From the IMG/VR virus record IMGVR_UViG_3300025633_000001: DNA of 64,000 nucleotides; one strand, 5' to 3'. A program made the position numbers and the translations under genes. Below the pieces are notes generated by a model. The model was not told where the DNA came from. It worked only from the letters and a program-made list of their open reading frames with translations, and searched no databases. Positions 9,418-19,547 of this stretch are shown here, in pieces. Within the stretch, counting starts at the first letter, position 1, and the number at the start of each line of letters is the position of its first letter. The stretch is from an uncultured virus (IMG/VR IMGVR_UViG_3300025633_000001) (lineage: Duplodnaviria; Heunggongvirae; Uroviricota; Caudoviricetes).

Positions 9418-9906
9418 CTAGTGACCCTCGCCGGACGTCAGCGAGTCGAGCCACTGGTCAACCGAGCTCGCGTCACCGGTATCGTCCGCGTCGTGCTTGT
9501 CGGCCGCCATGTGCTTGTCGAAGGCAATGGCCGCCGACGTAATCAGGGTCCGCTTGGCGTCGACCGGCGGCTCAGGAAACTCGTGCTCCTCGTACGTGTT
9601 GTCCTTGCCGCCGAAGTTAAAGGCGACGTGCGGCTGGTGAAGCTGATCAAGGAGCTTGTTTGTCTCGTCCAGGAACCGGCGTGACGTCGCGGCACGAACC
9701 GACCGGGCATCGGCGACGGAAGCCTCCGTAGCGCTTTTTGTCTTTGACCGGTCAAACGGGTCGGTGATTGCCTCGGCCTTGGCGATGTTCGTGACAGAGC
9801 CGGGCGAGACGCCGTGATCGCGTGCGATCTGGTTGCGGGACTTACGTCCGGCCTGTATGTCGGCGAGGATGGCGCTGCGCTTGCGGGCGCTGAGTGCCTG
9901 CGGCAT
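9418..9906 (-). CDS. terS: Terminase small subunit
   Basis: N-terminal HTH (SRNQIARDHGVSPGSVT); directly upstream of terL. Confidence 0.75.
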   Translation of the reverse strand: MPQALSARKRSAILADIQAGRKSRNQIARDHGVSPGSVTNIAKAEAITDPFDRSKTKSATEASVADARSVRAATSRRFLDETNKLLDQLHQPHVAFNFGGKDNTYEEHEFPEPPVDAKRTLITSAAIAFDKHMAADKHDADDTGDASSVDQWLDSLTSGEGH

Positions 9907-10010
9907 GGGTGGTCCTCGTCGTGCAGGCAGCCGCCAGGACTGCACTGGGGAGAGCGCTCCAGGCGCTCCGGGGTCAGCTACCTAACCGGAATACCGGTAT
10001 ACTCTTATCC

Positions 10011-10316
10011 ATGGCCAAGCCGAAGACGCCGGAAGGCAAACGCGTTACCGTCTGCACGAAGTTCAGCGAGGCCGAGGCCGAGGCGATCGACGTGGCCCGC
10101 GGGATGGCGACACGCTCGCAGTGGCTCCGCTCGGCCGCTCTCGCTGCTGCCGAGCGCCGGAGTCCGGCGATTCACCTCAACCCGCCGGTCCATGCACTCA
10201 GGCAGGTCCGCGCCGCCGAGCAGGGCGAGTGCCCGCACCCGAAGGCCAGGATCAACAAGGGGCTGTGCGGTGCATGCGGGACCAATGTGGGGACTACGAA
10301 AGCAGGGGGCAACTGA
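10011..10316 (+). CDS. Ribbon-helix-helix DNA-binding protein with C-terminal Zn finger
   Basis: RVTVCTKFSEAEAEAID...RSQWLR; CPH...CxxC; TATACT -10 just upstream (leaderless). Confidence 0.6.
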   Translation: MAKPKTPEGKRVTVCTKFSEAEAEAIDVARGMATRSQWLRSAALAAAERRSPAIHLNPPVHALRQVRAAEQGECPHPKARINKGLCGACGTNVGTTKAGGN

Positions 10317-10477
10317 TGGCGCGATCGGCATGGGATCAGGCGAGACGCGATCTCTACCTAGCGCAGAGGGCCATGGGGGACGCAAGTGCCGCACGCCGGG
10401 GAATGCTGGTGCAGCGTCTCGCCCGGCGTGACCTCACCCGCGTGTTCTTCCGGGTGCTGAGGAACTTCGGGAAGTGA
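10316..10477 (+). CDS. Small hypothetical phage protein
   Basis: TGATG coupling; LYLAQRAMGDASAARRG motif. Confidence 0.5.
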   Translation: MARSAWDQARRDLYLAQRAMGDASAARRGMLVQRLARRDLTRVFFRVLRNFGK

Positions 10478-11521
10478 CGATGCCACGGCGGCTCAAGCGT
10501 GCGCTGTACCGGCTGTTCTGGCGCTTCCCGGCCGAACTGTGCCTGTGGTGCGGGGCTGACGTGGAGATGGACGCGCCGCTGAGGATGTCGCGGGGTGAGG
10601 TGTGGGCGCAGCACGGAGAGCGGCACGCCGAGCAGCTAGCGGCGGAACTCGTTGCCGGGCGCGGCCGGGCATGACCCGATCACCAGAACGAGCAGCGGGT
10701 GGGCTCGTCCTGCGTGATCTCGGTGCGGTACGGGCTTGGCGTCGGGTCCGGATCGAAGTAAGGCCAGCCGTCCCGTACCACGATCCGGCCGCCGATAGCG
10801 GGCGGGAGCGCGCAGGTGCAGCCTTCCCCGTGACGCTCAAAGTCGTCGCAGTAGGTGTACGGGCCGTCCTGGTAAATCTGCCCGCGCATCTGGCTCACGG
10901 TCGCATCCGTTCAGCCGGGGTGCACTCGGCCTTGATCAGGTCGGCGATGCGCCCGCCGAGGCCGGCTCTCTGTGCGTACGGCCACGAGCGGGACGGGTCG
11001 GTGAGGCTGCCCTCCACGACGACCTTGATCTCGAGGAAGAACACGTCGTCGCCGTCTCTGGCCTGATGCACGTCGTGGACGATCAACGTCTTGCTGGCAA
11101 CGTGGACGCGGTCGGGCTCAGCGATTTCGCTCATGCGGGCTTCCCGTCGCGTACCAGCAGGTCAAGCTGCCCCTGAGGCCCGAACGCGTCCCGTGCGCCC
11201 GTCCGCAGGGCGTCGATCAGCTCCTGGACGTCACCCCAGCACCCGAAGTGCTGCCACGCCCGGACTGTCCAGGGGCCGCCGGCAGCGGGAACGGCGCCGA
11301 GGTCGATCTCCGTGGACACCAGGAGCTGCATGCCCCCGCCCGTCCCTGACCGGACCTCCAGGTGGGCGGTGTCGCCGGGCTTGGGGTCAATGTGGGTGAC
11401 GGTCACGGGGCGTCGTCCGGGGAGCGGAACGGGATCTCGCGCCAGGGCTCGGGGCTGTCGTCGTCGGGCTCGCAGATGCACTCGCGGAGCTGTTCGAGGC
11501 AGCGAGGGCAGGTGCGGGGCG

Positions 11522-11842
11522 TCAAGTTCCGACCTGGATTTCGGTGTCGTGGCCGTCATCGCCGGTCCAGGTGAACTCGGCGACGGGCCGGTGCATGCGG
11601 CAGCCGCAGCAGTAAGTGGAACCGTAGAACTGCGGGTCGCGGGCGTAGGTCTCGCACAGCGGGAGGCCCATCGTGGTGACAGTGCCGCACGTCTTGTGGA
11701 TGTAGGCGCGGTACAGCGGCCGGACGAAGCCCTTGGCGCGTTCCTCGGCCGACAGCACGAGGTAGGCGTCGTTCTGGGGGGCCGGAGCGGCGTCGCTGCC
11801 GTGGCCGAGGCGGGGGTCGGACGGATCTGCGGTAAGGCTCAT
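11522..11842 (-). CDS. Conserved Zn-binding phage hypothetical protein
   Basis: YLVLSAEERAKGFVRP...HKTCG...ETYARDP...TYCxxC. Confidence 0.65.
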   Translation of the reverse strand: MSLTADPSDPRLGHGSDAAPAPQNDAYLVLSAEERAKGFVRPLYRAYIHKTCGTVTTMGLPLCETYARDPQFYGSTYCCGCRMHRPVAEFTWTGDDGHDTEIQVGT

Positions 11843-12081
11843 CAGCCCTCCACGCGCTCCGGCCAATGCCACGAGCCGCCCTTGCGCTCGCCGGCCAGGT
11901 CGTCGTCATCGAAGACGACGCCCCGGTTGAGGAACAGGCCAGTGGGGTTGAGGACGCACAGGCCGACGGTGTGATCGTCCTCGACTTCGGTCACGATCGC
12001 GGCGCGGCATTCCTTGCCGTACTCGCCGCCGGGGGTGCCGTGGCTGGTGTAGTGCACCGTACGGCCGACAGAGGGCTTCAC
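11842..12081 (-). CDS. Conserved phage hypothetical protein
   Basis: KPSVGRTVHY...AAIVTEV...WHWPER motif; GAAGGAG RBS. Confidence 0.65.
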   Translation of the reverse strand: MKPSVGRTVHYTSHGTPGGEYGKECRAAIVTEVEDDHTVGLCVLNPTGLFLNRGVVFDDDDLAGERKGGSWHWPERVEG

Positions 12082-12119
12082 GCGGCGTGCTCCTTCGGGT
12101 CTTGGGCGATTGCGGGCCA

Positions 12120-12380
12120 TCAGGCAGCCTCTTCAAGTACCGGGACGGAACTCCTGAGCTGCCGCGGGTCGATACCGGACGCCCGGATCCCGGCTTCGCG
12201 GGCCTGCTGCTCTGCCGCCCGGACTGCCTGCCGCGAGTGCAGCGGGTAGCCGTGCTCATCGAGGCCCTGCGGGACGAGGTAGCCGAGCATGCGCCAGCGG
12301 CGGATCGTGGGGGGCTTGACGCCGGCCAGCCTCGCGGACTCGCGGGTGGTGAGATAGCCGTCTCCGCGAGTGGGGCGCAT
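12120..12380 (-). CDS. MerR-type HTH protein
   Basis: LTTRESARLAGVKPPTIRRWRMLGYL. Confidence 0.7.
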   Translation of the reverse strand: MRPTRGDGYLTTRESARLAGVKPPTIRRWRMLGYLVPQGLDEHGYPLHSRQAVRAAEQQAREAGIRASGIDPRQLRSSVPVLEEAA

Positions 12381-12484
12381 GGACACCGCCCCGGAAATGC
12401 AAGACGCCCCGGGCGCGTGAGCGCTCCAGGGCATGGCTGTTACAGGTGATTCACATGTTAGGGGGTCGCGATGATCCAGGCAAG

Positions 12485-13687
12485 TCACGCCGCGGCGCGG
12501 CGGCGGGGATGTTCTCCCTGCTCGCATGCGCAGTGGGCCCAGCAGCATTCAGCGTGCCGGGCAACGCGCTTCTCTTCGGTCTCGGCAGATTCGGCGAGCT
12601 GGCAGCGACGGCACTTCTGGATCGCGCTGCGGGCCCACGAAACGTAGGTGTCGGCCCACTGCGCGAACGTCTCCCGGTCCATCTCGTCCCCGCATTCGGG
12701 GCAGCGGGAATGGTTGGCGGGCAGAGACGGGTCGGACGGAGGTTCGGCACGCTCCAGCGTCATCGCCTCGCACGCGCGGCACGGGATACCGTCAAAGGTT
12801 TCCGGCTTGGCCTTAGTCTCGCCGAGAATCCGCCGGGCATCCCAGTGCAGGCCGAGGATCTCGTTTCCGGCTTCGCCGCCGTCGAGCTCGTCCATGACGG
12901 TGACCCAGCCGTCGCCCTGGCGGACGATCTCCCGGTCCCCGATCAGCTCGAGGAGGTGCGCGGGGATCACATCGGCCTTGCCTGCGGTTTTTCCCGGCGC
13001 GGGCTCGTGGGCGCAGGCGGCGACGGGGCCGGTCACCTTCCCGGCCAGCCACCACCGGGTCCGGCCGCGGACATGGCGCCGCTCATCGCCGGTGCCGGTG
13101 GTGATGCGCAGCCCGCAGTGACGGCAGGTGGCCTCCGGGGGTTCTTCCGCGGCGGGCGGGAACATGTAGGTCCGCGCCGTCCAGCCGTCTTGCAGCGCCA
13201 GCAGCGGGTCCGGATGTGCCGCGAGGACATCGCACGCTTCGGCGATGCCTTCGCGGGTGTCGGGCAGATGCTCCGGCGGCGAAAGCTCGAGGCCGGGGAC
13301 GGAGCGGACGCGGGCGGCCCAGCCGGCCAGGACCGCGGACATGGAGCGCATCTGGGCGTCGATGTCTGCGCGGATGAGCACCGAGGGGCCGAACGGGACG
13401 CGGACCGCGTGGTCCGTGCGCTTAACCGGGTTGCCGATCTCGTCCTGTAGCCGCTCGTAAGCGGAAGTCAGTTCGCGGAGGCATCCTATGATCCGGTCCT
13501 GGCATGGCTGGCAGAACGCCCGCGGGGTGCGGGCAGGTTCCCGTCGCGTGGTGCCGTCATCCTGGACGGCCATGCGGGCGCCGTCGCACAGCTCGGGCGG
13601 CTGCCGGGAACAGGGCTGGCCTGCTTTCTCCTGGCCGCCGGGATCGGAGTAGCCAGGACCGCGCAAAACTGCTTTCCCCCTGCTCAT
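12485..13687 (-). CDS. Multi-CxxC protein, possible late-gene regulator
   Basis: Several CxxC pairs; lies with an HTH gene upstream of the terminase block, a common actinophage arrangement. Confidence 0.5.
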   Translation of the reverse strand: MSRGKAVLRGPGYSDPGGQEKAGQPCSRQPPELCDGARMAVQDDGTTRREPARTPRAFCQPCQDRIIGCLRELTSAYERLQDEIGNPVKRTDHAVRVPFGPSVLIRADIDAQMRSMSAVLAGWAARVRSVPGLELSPPEHLPDTREGIAEACDVLAAHPDPLLALQDGWTARTYMFPPAAEEPPEATCRHCGLRITTGTGDERRHVRGRTRWWLAGKVTGPVAACAHEPAPGKTAGKADVIPAHLLELIGDREIVRQGDGWVTVMDELDGGEAGNEILGLHWDARRILGETKAKPETFDGIPCRACEAMTLERAEPPSDPSLPANHSRCPECGDEMDRETFAQWADTYVSWARSAIQKCRRCQLAESAETEEKRVARHAECCWAHCACEQGEHPRRRAAA

Positions 13688-14160
13688 GCGGCAATTGTGC
13701 GTTACCGGGGCTAGTGGTGCAAACACCGGAACCGGGGATCACGCCGCGAGCCGCATCTGCGCCGGGTCGCGGTCCTTGCTGCCGTCCTGCTCCTGGGTGA
13801 CGGAGTTGTCAGGCAGGTCGTCACCCGCCAGGAAGCGGAGCGCTACGGGGAGTACGAGGAAGACGCAGGCAAGGATGATCCACAGCAGCACAGAGATACC
13901 GATCGGGCCGGATACGGACAGGTCAGACGGCCGAACGGCCACGCTGTCTAGCTTAGTGGGAGTCTGCCCGCCGATCTCCCGTGGCCCCGGCACATTACCC
14001 GCCAAACACCAGTCCAGGGCTCCCCTACTCCGATTACGGCGTCCAGTCTGGTACGTCGAACATGCCGTTGTCGTGCATGTCCGCGAGAGCCGCTTCTACC
14101 GAGTCGTCGTCCATGCCCTGATCGCGTAGCTGGTCGCGTACCTCGGCCTCGAGGATCTCG

Positions 14161-14568
14161 TCATGTATCGCTGCCATCCTGAACCTCCATGTCGCTGGTG
14201 ATGGCCGATGCGTTGTCGAACTCAGCCTGCAACAACCCGGCCATCATCGCAGCCGGCTTCTCCAGGAAGTAGGCAGCGGCGAGGATCGAGGCATCCGGGT
14301 TCTCATAGTCCCCGGCCAGCGTGATCGTCCCGGCTGCATGCTCGGTCCTGATCCACGCCGCGATCTGGCTGGTGAGCTGCGGGAGGCGGGCTACCGCGGA
14401 TGACAGTTCCCGGATGACCCGGTCGGCGTCGGACGGCTCGCCGAGCGCCTCATGGTGGCGGGTCAGGTGGTTGAGAACCTTGACCGCCTCGGCGATGGCC
14501 TCGGCCACTTCCAGGACGTACAGCGGGTCACAGGGGCCTTCGGTGGTGAGGGTGACGCTGTAGCTCAT
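14161..14568 (-). CDS. Hypothetical protein
   Basis: AAGGAG RBS; helical ORF. Confidence 0.55.
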   Translation of the reverse strand: MSYSVTLTTEGPCDPLYVLEVAEAIAEAVKVLNHLTRHHEALGEPSDADRVIRELSSAVARLPQLTSQIAAWIRTEHAAGTITLAGDYENPDASILAAAYFLEKPAAMMAGLLQAEFDNASAITSDMEVQDGSDT

Positions 14569-14823
14569 GGGTCTTCTCCTTCGTGCGTTCAGGATGCCCG
14601 TGGCGGGAGACGGCCCGCCAGCCGTTCCGCGGCGATGAACTCGGCGGCGACCCCTGGAGCGCGGATGACCTTGAGACCGTGGAAGGTGGCTATCTCGTCC
14701 GGGTGGGTGGCAGTGACGGCGTTCCAGCAGATGGCCGGGACACCGGAGGCCTCGATCGCATCAGCGAGGGAGGCGAAGGGCCGCGGGGTCTCGCCGCCGC
14801 GGTGCAGTTCGTAGATCACGGGG

Positions 14824-15297
14824 CTAGTCCGCCGGTCCTGCGGCGGCGATGGCAGCCGCCCACAGCCAGGCGACGTGGAATGCCTGGTCGAGCAGTGCGG
14901 CGCCCGTGCCGAGGCACGGATTGTCGTCGCGGCCGGGCCGGGGAGCGCCGAGACGGTAGAACTCGCCCTTGCCGGGACTTACCGTGGCGTCGAGCCGGCC
15001 GGCGAGCGCCGCGAGCGTAGTGCGGCGGTCGGCCCAGTAGTGACTGGCCGCGTCAGCGGCGAGGGCCGCCGACGCGCGGCGCCAGGAGATACGCCGGCCA
15101 GACGCGTGCAGGACGCCGAGCGAGAGCGCCTTGCACGCGGTCATCGTCGCGACGTGCCTTCCGCATGCCATCCGGCCGGATCGGCCGGGAGCTCCCTTGC
15201 CTGCTGCCTGCCGGGCGGTCTGCACCCAGTAGTCGCCGACATTATGGGCGGCGAAGAGGGCGGCGAAAATGTCGCCGGGAGTTGCGCGGGTGCTCAT
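14824..15297 (-). CDS. DUF3307-family membrane protein
   Basis: AHNVGDYWVQT, SHYWADRR, DQAFH motifs. Confidence 0.8.
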   Translation of the reverse strand: MSTRATPGDIFAALFAAHNVGDYWVQTARQAAGKGAPGRSGRMACGRHVATMTACKALSLGVLHASGRRISWRRASAALAADAASHYWADRRTTLAALAGRLDATVSPGKGEFYRLGAPRPGRDDNPCLGTGAALLDQAFHVAWLWAAAIAAAGPAD

Positions 15298-15325
15298 GGT
15301 GCTCCTGTCGCGGTGTGCGGAGAGT

Positions 15326-15652
15326 TCACGACGGTTCTGGCTTCACGTTGACGAGACGGGTTCCAGTCGGCGCATCGATCGACAGCATCGCGCTGTAGCC
15401 GGGAGTAGCCGGGTCCATCGCCGGGGCCTGCGTTATGGTGATCGGCCAGGGCGGAAGCGGATTGTCTTCGATGACCTGACCGACACCGACCTGCCAGCAG
15501 CCGTCATCGTCGTACCAGCAGTGAATGCGCATCTGCTCAGCCTCGCCGGGCGGTGCGAGATCGCCCTGCCAGTGGTCGGCGTTGAACTCGCGGGCACCTT
15601 CGCAGCCGCTGACCTCAACCAGGTCGTCGCTTGCTCCGTAGATGGTGATCAT
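15326..15652 (-). CDS. Hypothetical phage protein
   Basis: ITIYGASDDLVEV motif; AGGAG RBS. Confidence 0.6.
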   Translation of the reverse strand: MITIYGASDDLVEVSGCEGAREFNADHWQGDLAPPGEAEQMRIHCWYDDDGCWQVGVGQVIEDNPLPPWPITITQAPAMDPATPGYSAMLSIDAPTGTRLVNVKPEPS

Positions 15653-15688
15653 GGTGTTGCTCCTGTTCGTTGAGACGGGGGGGCTGTG

Positions 15689-17005
15689 TCAGCCTTGCGC
15701 GACGTGAAGGTGGCGGGGCATCTCGCGGCGGATCCGGGCGGCGGTGCGCTCACTGACGCCGCTCTGGCGGACGAGGTCGACGTTGGAGATACGCGGGTCG
15801 GCGCGCAGCAGGCGTTCGGCTTCGGCGCGCTTTTCGGAGGGGGTCGACAGCGCCTTCTGGCGTTTCGCAGCGGGGATCTTCGGCTTGCTGTTTGGCAGGC
15901 TGGCCGGGACCGTTTTGGCAGGCGCGGACGGCGCTGTTTTGGCAGGGGGGCAGGATGTCGTTTTGGCAGTCGCGGCGGGCACCGGGATGGCAGTCTGCAC
16001 CGGGGACAATTGGCGTGCCGCTGGCGGCTCGACGGAGACGGCTTCACGGGCTTTCGGCAGGAAGGCCACAGGGCGAACTGGCGGCGCCGCGAACACGGAA
16101 TGCCAGCTGCGGTAAGCCGCCACAGCCGCGGCCGCCTGCACGTCGAGCAGCAGCGTGGCCGCCGGTTCGGCGGTACCGGGGAGGACCATCGGCCACGGCA
16201 GCCAGACGGGCGAAGGGGTCACCGGTTCGAGGCGGGCGCGGCCATGACGGCGGCCGAGCGTGAACGCGCCAGGGCGGATCCGCACCCGCGCATTCCCGTC
16301 CGCGTCGAGGCTAGCTATGGCACCTCGCAGGGCGATGCGGCGGAAGGCCTGCGCGCGGCGCTCGGCAGCTCGTTTGAGCCGTGCCGCCGCGCGGTCAGCG
16401 CGGGTCCGCCGCGGGCCCAGGTTGACGATCTGGTGGGCGACCAGCCCGGCTGCCGAGATGATCGCCATCACCGCGCCGACCGTCACGCCGTGGGGGTGGC
16501 CGGGGATGACCGTGATGCCGTGCAGGAAGTTAAGTCCGGCGCCGATCGCGGCGAACACCAGCGCGCCGAGCATGAAGTGCCACACCGGGCGCTCCGGGTG
16601 ATGCCGCGCCGTCCACGTCGCCGTCGCCTCGAACGCCCACATGCCGCCCTCGCTGAACGCGGGGAGCGCGTAGCCGACCACGCCGAACAGGTCGTGGCCG
16701 TAGGCGGCCATCGCCGACCAGGCCAGCGTGCCGGGCACGAGGATCACAGGGACGAACAGCAGGTCGGTCACGTGGGAGCGCAGCCACGCCGTCCGAGCTG
16801 CCCAGCGTGCGGCACGCTGCCTGCGGGCTGCTTTCGCGTCCGCGGCCCGCGCCAGGTCCCGCTCGCGCTTCAGCCGGGCCCGCGCCTCCGACGCAGCAAC
16901 GCTAGCGTGCATCGCCGCTGCGGCGTCGTCGCGGGCGATCTGCGCTTCGTGCTCCCGGTCGCGGCGGCGCTCCTCGCGCCAGCTCGTCGGCTGCATGGTC
17001 GTCAT
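15689..17005 (-). CDS. SpdA/DUF2637-like spread membrane protein with C-terminal HTH
   Basis: N-terminal coiled coil, about 4 TM segments, Pro/Ala-rich linker, C-terminal HTH (LVRQSGVSERTAARIR). Confidence 0.6.
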   Translation of the reverse strand: MTTMQPTSWREERRRDREHEAQIARDDAAAAMHASVAASEARARLKRERDLARAADAKAARRQRAARWAARTAWLRSHVTDLLFVPVILVPGTLAWSAMAAYGHDLFGVVGYALPAFSEGGMWAFEATATWTARHHPERPVWHFMLGALVFAAIGAGLNFLHGITVIPGHPHGVTVGAVMAIISAAGLVAHQIVNLGPRRTRADRAAARLKRAAERRAQAFRRIALRGAIASLDADGNARVRIRPGAFTLGRRHGRARLEPVTPSPVWLPWPMVLPGTAEPAATLLLDVQAAAAVAAYRSWHSVFAAPPVRPVAFLPKAREAVSVEPPAARQLSPVQTAIPVPAATAKTTSCPPAKTAPSAPAKTVPASLPNSKPKIPAAKRQKALSTPSEKRAEAERLLRADPRISNVDLVRQSGVSERTAARIRREMPRHLHVAQG

Positions 17006-17094
17006 CGTGCCCTTCGGCGTAGATCTTCTGGGTCGAATGCGCGAGGTGTCCCGTCAGCCGCACAGGGGAAGCGCACGGCTGACGGGACTTGGGG

Positions 17095-17409
17095 TTAAGC
17101 CGCGAACTCCAGCTCCAGCGCCTCCCGCTGGTTCGGGCCGAGACCCTTGACGCGGCGGGTGTCCGCGATACCGAGCCGCTCCATGATCTGGATGCGGCGG
17201 GCCTTCCCGACGCCCGGCATGGCCTCGATCAGCGCGGACACCTTCATCTTGGCCAGTGCGTCGTCTTCGGCGGCGTCGGCCAGGACGGCGGTGATAGTGG
17301 TGGTGCCCCGCTTGAGCAGGTGCTTGACCTCGGCTCGCCTGGTGCGGACCTGGGCGGCCTTAGCCAGGGCGTCGGCGCGCTGCTCGGGGGTCATGATCGG
17401 TAGTGCCAT
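17095..17409 (-). CDS. mihF: Actinobacterial integration host factor (mIHF/sIHF)
   Basis: MALPxxTPEQRADALAKAAxxR...KMKVSALIEAMPGVGK...RRVKGLGPNQ. Confidence 0.93.
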   Translation of the reverse strand: MALPIMTPEQRADALAKAAQVRTRRAEVKHLLKRGTTTITAVLADAAEDDALAKMKVSALIEAMPGVGKARRIQIMERLGIADTRRVKGLGPNQREALELEFAA

Positions 17410-17470
17410 GATGTTTCTCCTTGTGGGTGCGCTCGCCCCTGATGGGCGCTCGCGGTTGAGTCGGGAAGTC

Positions 17471-17608
17471 TTAGAACCTTCGGCTGATGCGTGTCCCGAA
17501 CGGTCCGGGTATGGATGCCCAGACGGACAGGCCGCGACGGCGGCGCTTGTGGTAGTGGTGGCCGTGGAACAGCAGGTAGAGGACTCCGAGAACGATGAGG
17601 ATGACCAT
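17471..17608 (-). CDS. Small single-TM protein (not in ORF track)
   Basis: MVILIVLGVLYLLFHGHHYHKRRRRG..., 45 aa, right after the FtsK-like stop. Confidence 0.5.
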   Translation of the reverse strand: MVILIVLGVLYLLFHGHHYHKRRRRGLSVWASIPGPFGTRISRRF

Positions 17609-17609
17609 G

Positions 17610-19547
17610 TCAGGCTGCCTGTCTTTCGGTTGAGGTTTCTCGTTCGATGAAGTCGGCTAGTTCCACCGCGTCGTAGACGGCCCGGTTGCCCTGCATGGCC
17701 TTGACCTCGGGCACCGTGCGTCCCGCCTTCTTGGCGCGGTTCTTGAGCGTCCCGAACGCGCCGCTGGGGTTCTTCCAGGTGACCGGGATAAGCCCCGCGT
17801 CCCTGGCCTGCCGGATGGTCATCCAGTTCTGCACCGGGGGCGAAAGCGCAGGCGCCGGGGTCACGATCACCGCGGTGCCGTCACCGCCGCCCGTCACCGT
17901 GCCCTGCGGGACGGGATCGGCCACGTGGCCGGGCGCGAACACGGTCAGGTGCCGAAGCTTCGACGGGACACGGCCCGTGCCCGACTCGGCGAACTGGCGG
18001 GTCTGCTCGTGCGTGAAGAACGCCACCTGAACCGCCGTCACCCCGTCGCGGCCCTTCACGTACACCTGGATCCGGCCCGCGTGCTTAGACGACGAGGGCA
18101 TCGGCACGCCCTTCCCCACGAGCATCTTCCACGTGTCGTCGTCGTAGCCGGCGAGCATCCGGATACCCGCGTTCATCCGCACCGCCGCGCCCTTCGACCC
18201 ACCGCCGGCCGCCTCCGCGGTGAACCGCTGCGCCACGAACACCAGGTGGATCTTCAGCTCCCGGCCCGCGTACGACGCCGCCTCGAAACCGCGGATCGCC
18301 GGGGACACCGACGGCAGGTTCTCCCGGTCCTCCTTCGGCAGCGCCTTGTCCTCCGCGAGCCGCTCCGCCCAGTAGGCACGGAGCCGGTTCATCATCAGGT
18401 TCTGCTCCTCCAGGAACACCACCAGCCGCGGGCCGGGGCTGCCGGTCAGCTGGCCGAGCAGGTCGGTGTGGGACCGGACGAACTCCCCGCGGCGGGTGAT
18501 CTCCTTGTCCAGCCACACCAGGAAGTCGTGGATCTTCTCGATGTCATCCGCATAGGCGACGTTCGGCAGCCCCCGCAGCGACGGGTGGGAGACCAGCTTG
18601 TTGTCCAGCAGTGCGGCGATACCGCCCCGGAACAGCACCTGCGACGCCAGGCACCGGACCGTGACCGACTTCCCGCCGCCGGAGTCGATCGACAGCACGA
18701 TGTGCGGGGAATCGTTGGACAGGCTGACCTTGACGATGTTCCCGTCCTGGCCGATCCCCAGCACCAGGTCATCCACGCCCGCCTCGCGGATCGCCCGCAG
18801 GATCACGTCATCCGGCAGGTCAGGGTGACGGGGGGAACCCCACTCGATCCGGTCCAGGAACACCCACTTCGGCGCCGGGACGGGCGGGGTGAGCCGCAGC
18901 CCGATCCGCGGGCCCGTGAACTGCCACGACGCTTTCGCGCCCGACATCCCCAGCGTGGACGCCGCCGTGGCCGCGATCGCCTGCCGGTCCTGCGGCTTGG
19001 GCAGCGCCGCGCCCTTCGGCCACGTCAGCGCCGCATACGACAGGTCACGGGGGATGTCCAGCCACGACTCCGGGCTGTTCGCCACGGGGATGCCCGCGTC
19101 GGCGGCGAGACGGATGTGCAGCGGCCTGACGTAATTCTTGCGGTGCCCGTACCCCTCCAGCCACGACCGGCTGCGCCACGCCCCGTAAGCCGTCCCCGCG
19201 GCGACGGTGACGCCCAGGTACTCCAGCGTGGGACGGAACCGGAACAGCAGGCCAGCGAGGACGAGCATGGCCGTGGCGGTGTTGCGGATCCGCCACAGGG
19301 CGTGCTGCCAGCCGGGCAGGTACCAGCGGCGGTGCGCATGCCCGGTCGGGGTGAGCGCCTTCGTGCCGGGACGGAACCAGCCGCGGTTGGTGACGTTCTT
19401 GCCCGCCCAGTTCTGGTGGGCGGTCAGCCAGCGGAACACGAGCGCGTGGATGCCGTGGCGCCGGATGCGGCTGTCGTAGTGGCCCGCGACACCTGAGAAG
19501 GCGAACACCGCGAGGACCACGATGATCAGGCCGATGAGGTCTGTCAT
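17610..19547 (-). CDS. TraB/FtsK-SpoIIIE-like DNA translocase
   Basis: N-terminal TMs, Walker A-like HIVLSIDSGGGKS, Walker B VVFLEEQN, RELKIHLVFVAQR, C-terminal HTH-like tail. Confidence 0.78.
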   Translation of the reverse strand: MTDLIGLIIVVLAVFAFSGVAGHYDSRIRRHGIHALVFRWLTAHQNWAGKNVTNRGWFRPGTKALTPTGHAHRRWYLPGWQHALWRIRNTATAMLVLAGLLFRFRPTLEYLGVTVAAGTAYGAWRSRSWLEGYGHRKNYVRPLHIRLAADAGIPVANSPESWLDIPRDLSYAALTWPKGAALPKPQDRQAIAATAASTLGMSGAKASWQFTGPRIGLRLTPPVPAPKWVFLDRIEWGSPRHPDLPDDVILRAIREAGVDDLVLGIGQDGNIVKVSLSNDSPHIVLSIDSGGGKSVTVRCLASQVLFRGGIAALLDNKLVSHPSLRGLPNVAYADDIEKIHDFLVWLDKEITRRGEFVRSHTDLLGQLTGSPGPRLVVFLEEQNLMMNRLRAYWAERLAEDKALPKEDRENLPSVSPAIRGFEAASYAGRELKIHLVFVAQRFTAEAAGGGSKGAAVRMNAGIRMLAGYDDDTWKMLVGKGVPMPSSSKHAGRIQVYVKGRDGVTAVQVAFFTHEQTRQFAESGTGRVPSKLRHLTVFAPGHVADPVPQGTVTGGGDGTAVIVTPAPALSPPVQNWMTIRQARDAGLIPVTWKNPSGAFGTLKNRAKKAGRTVPEVKAMQGNRAVYDAVELADFIERETSTERQAA

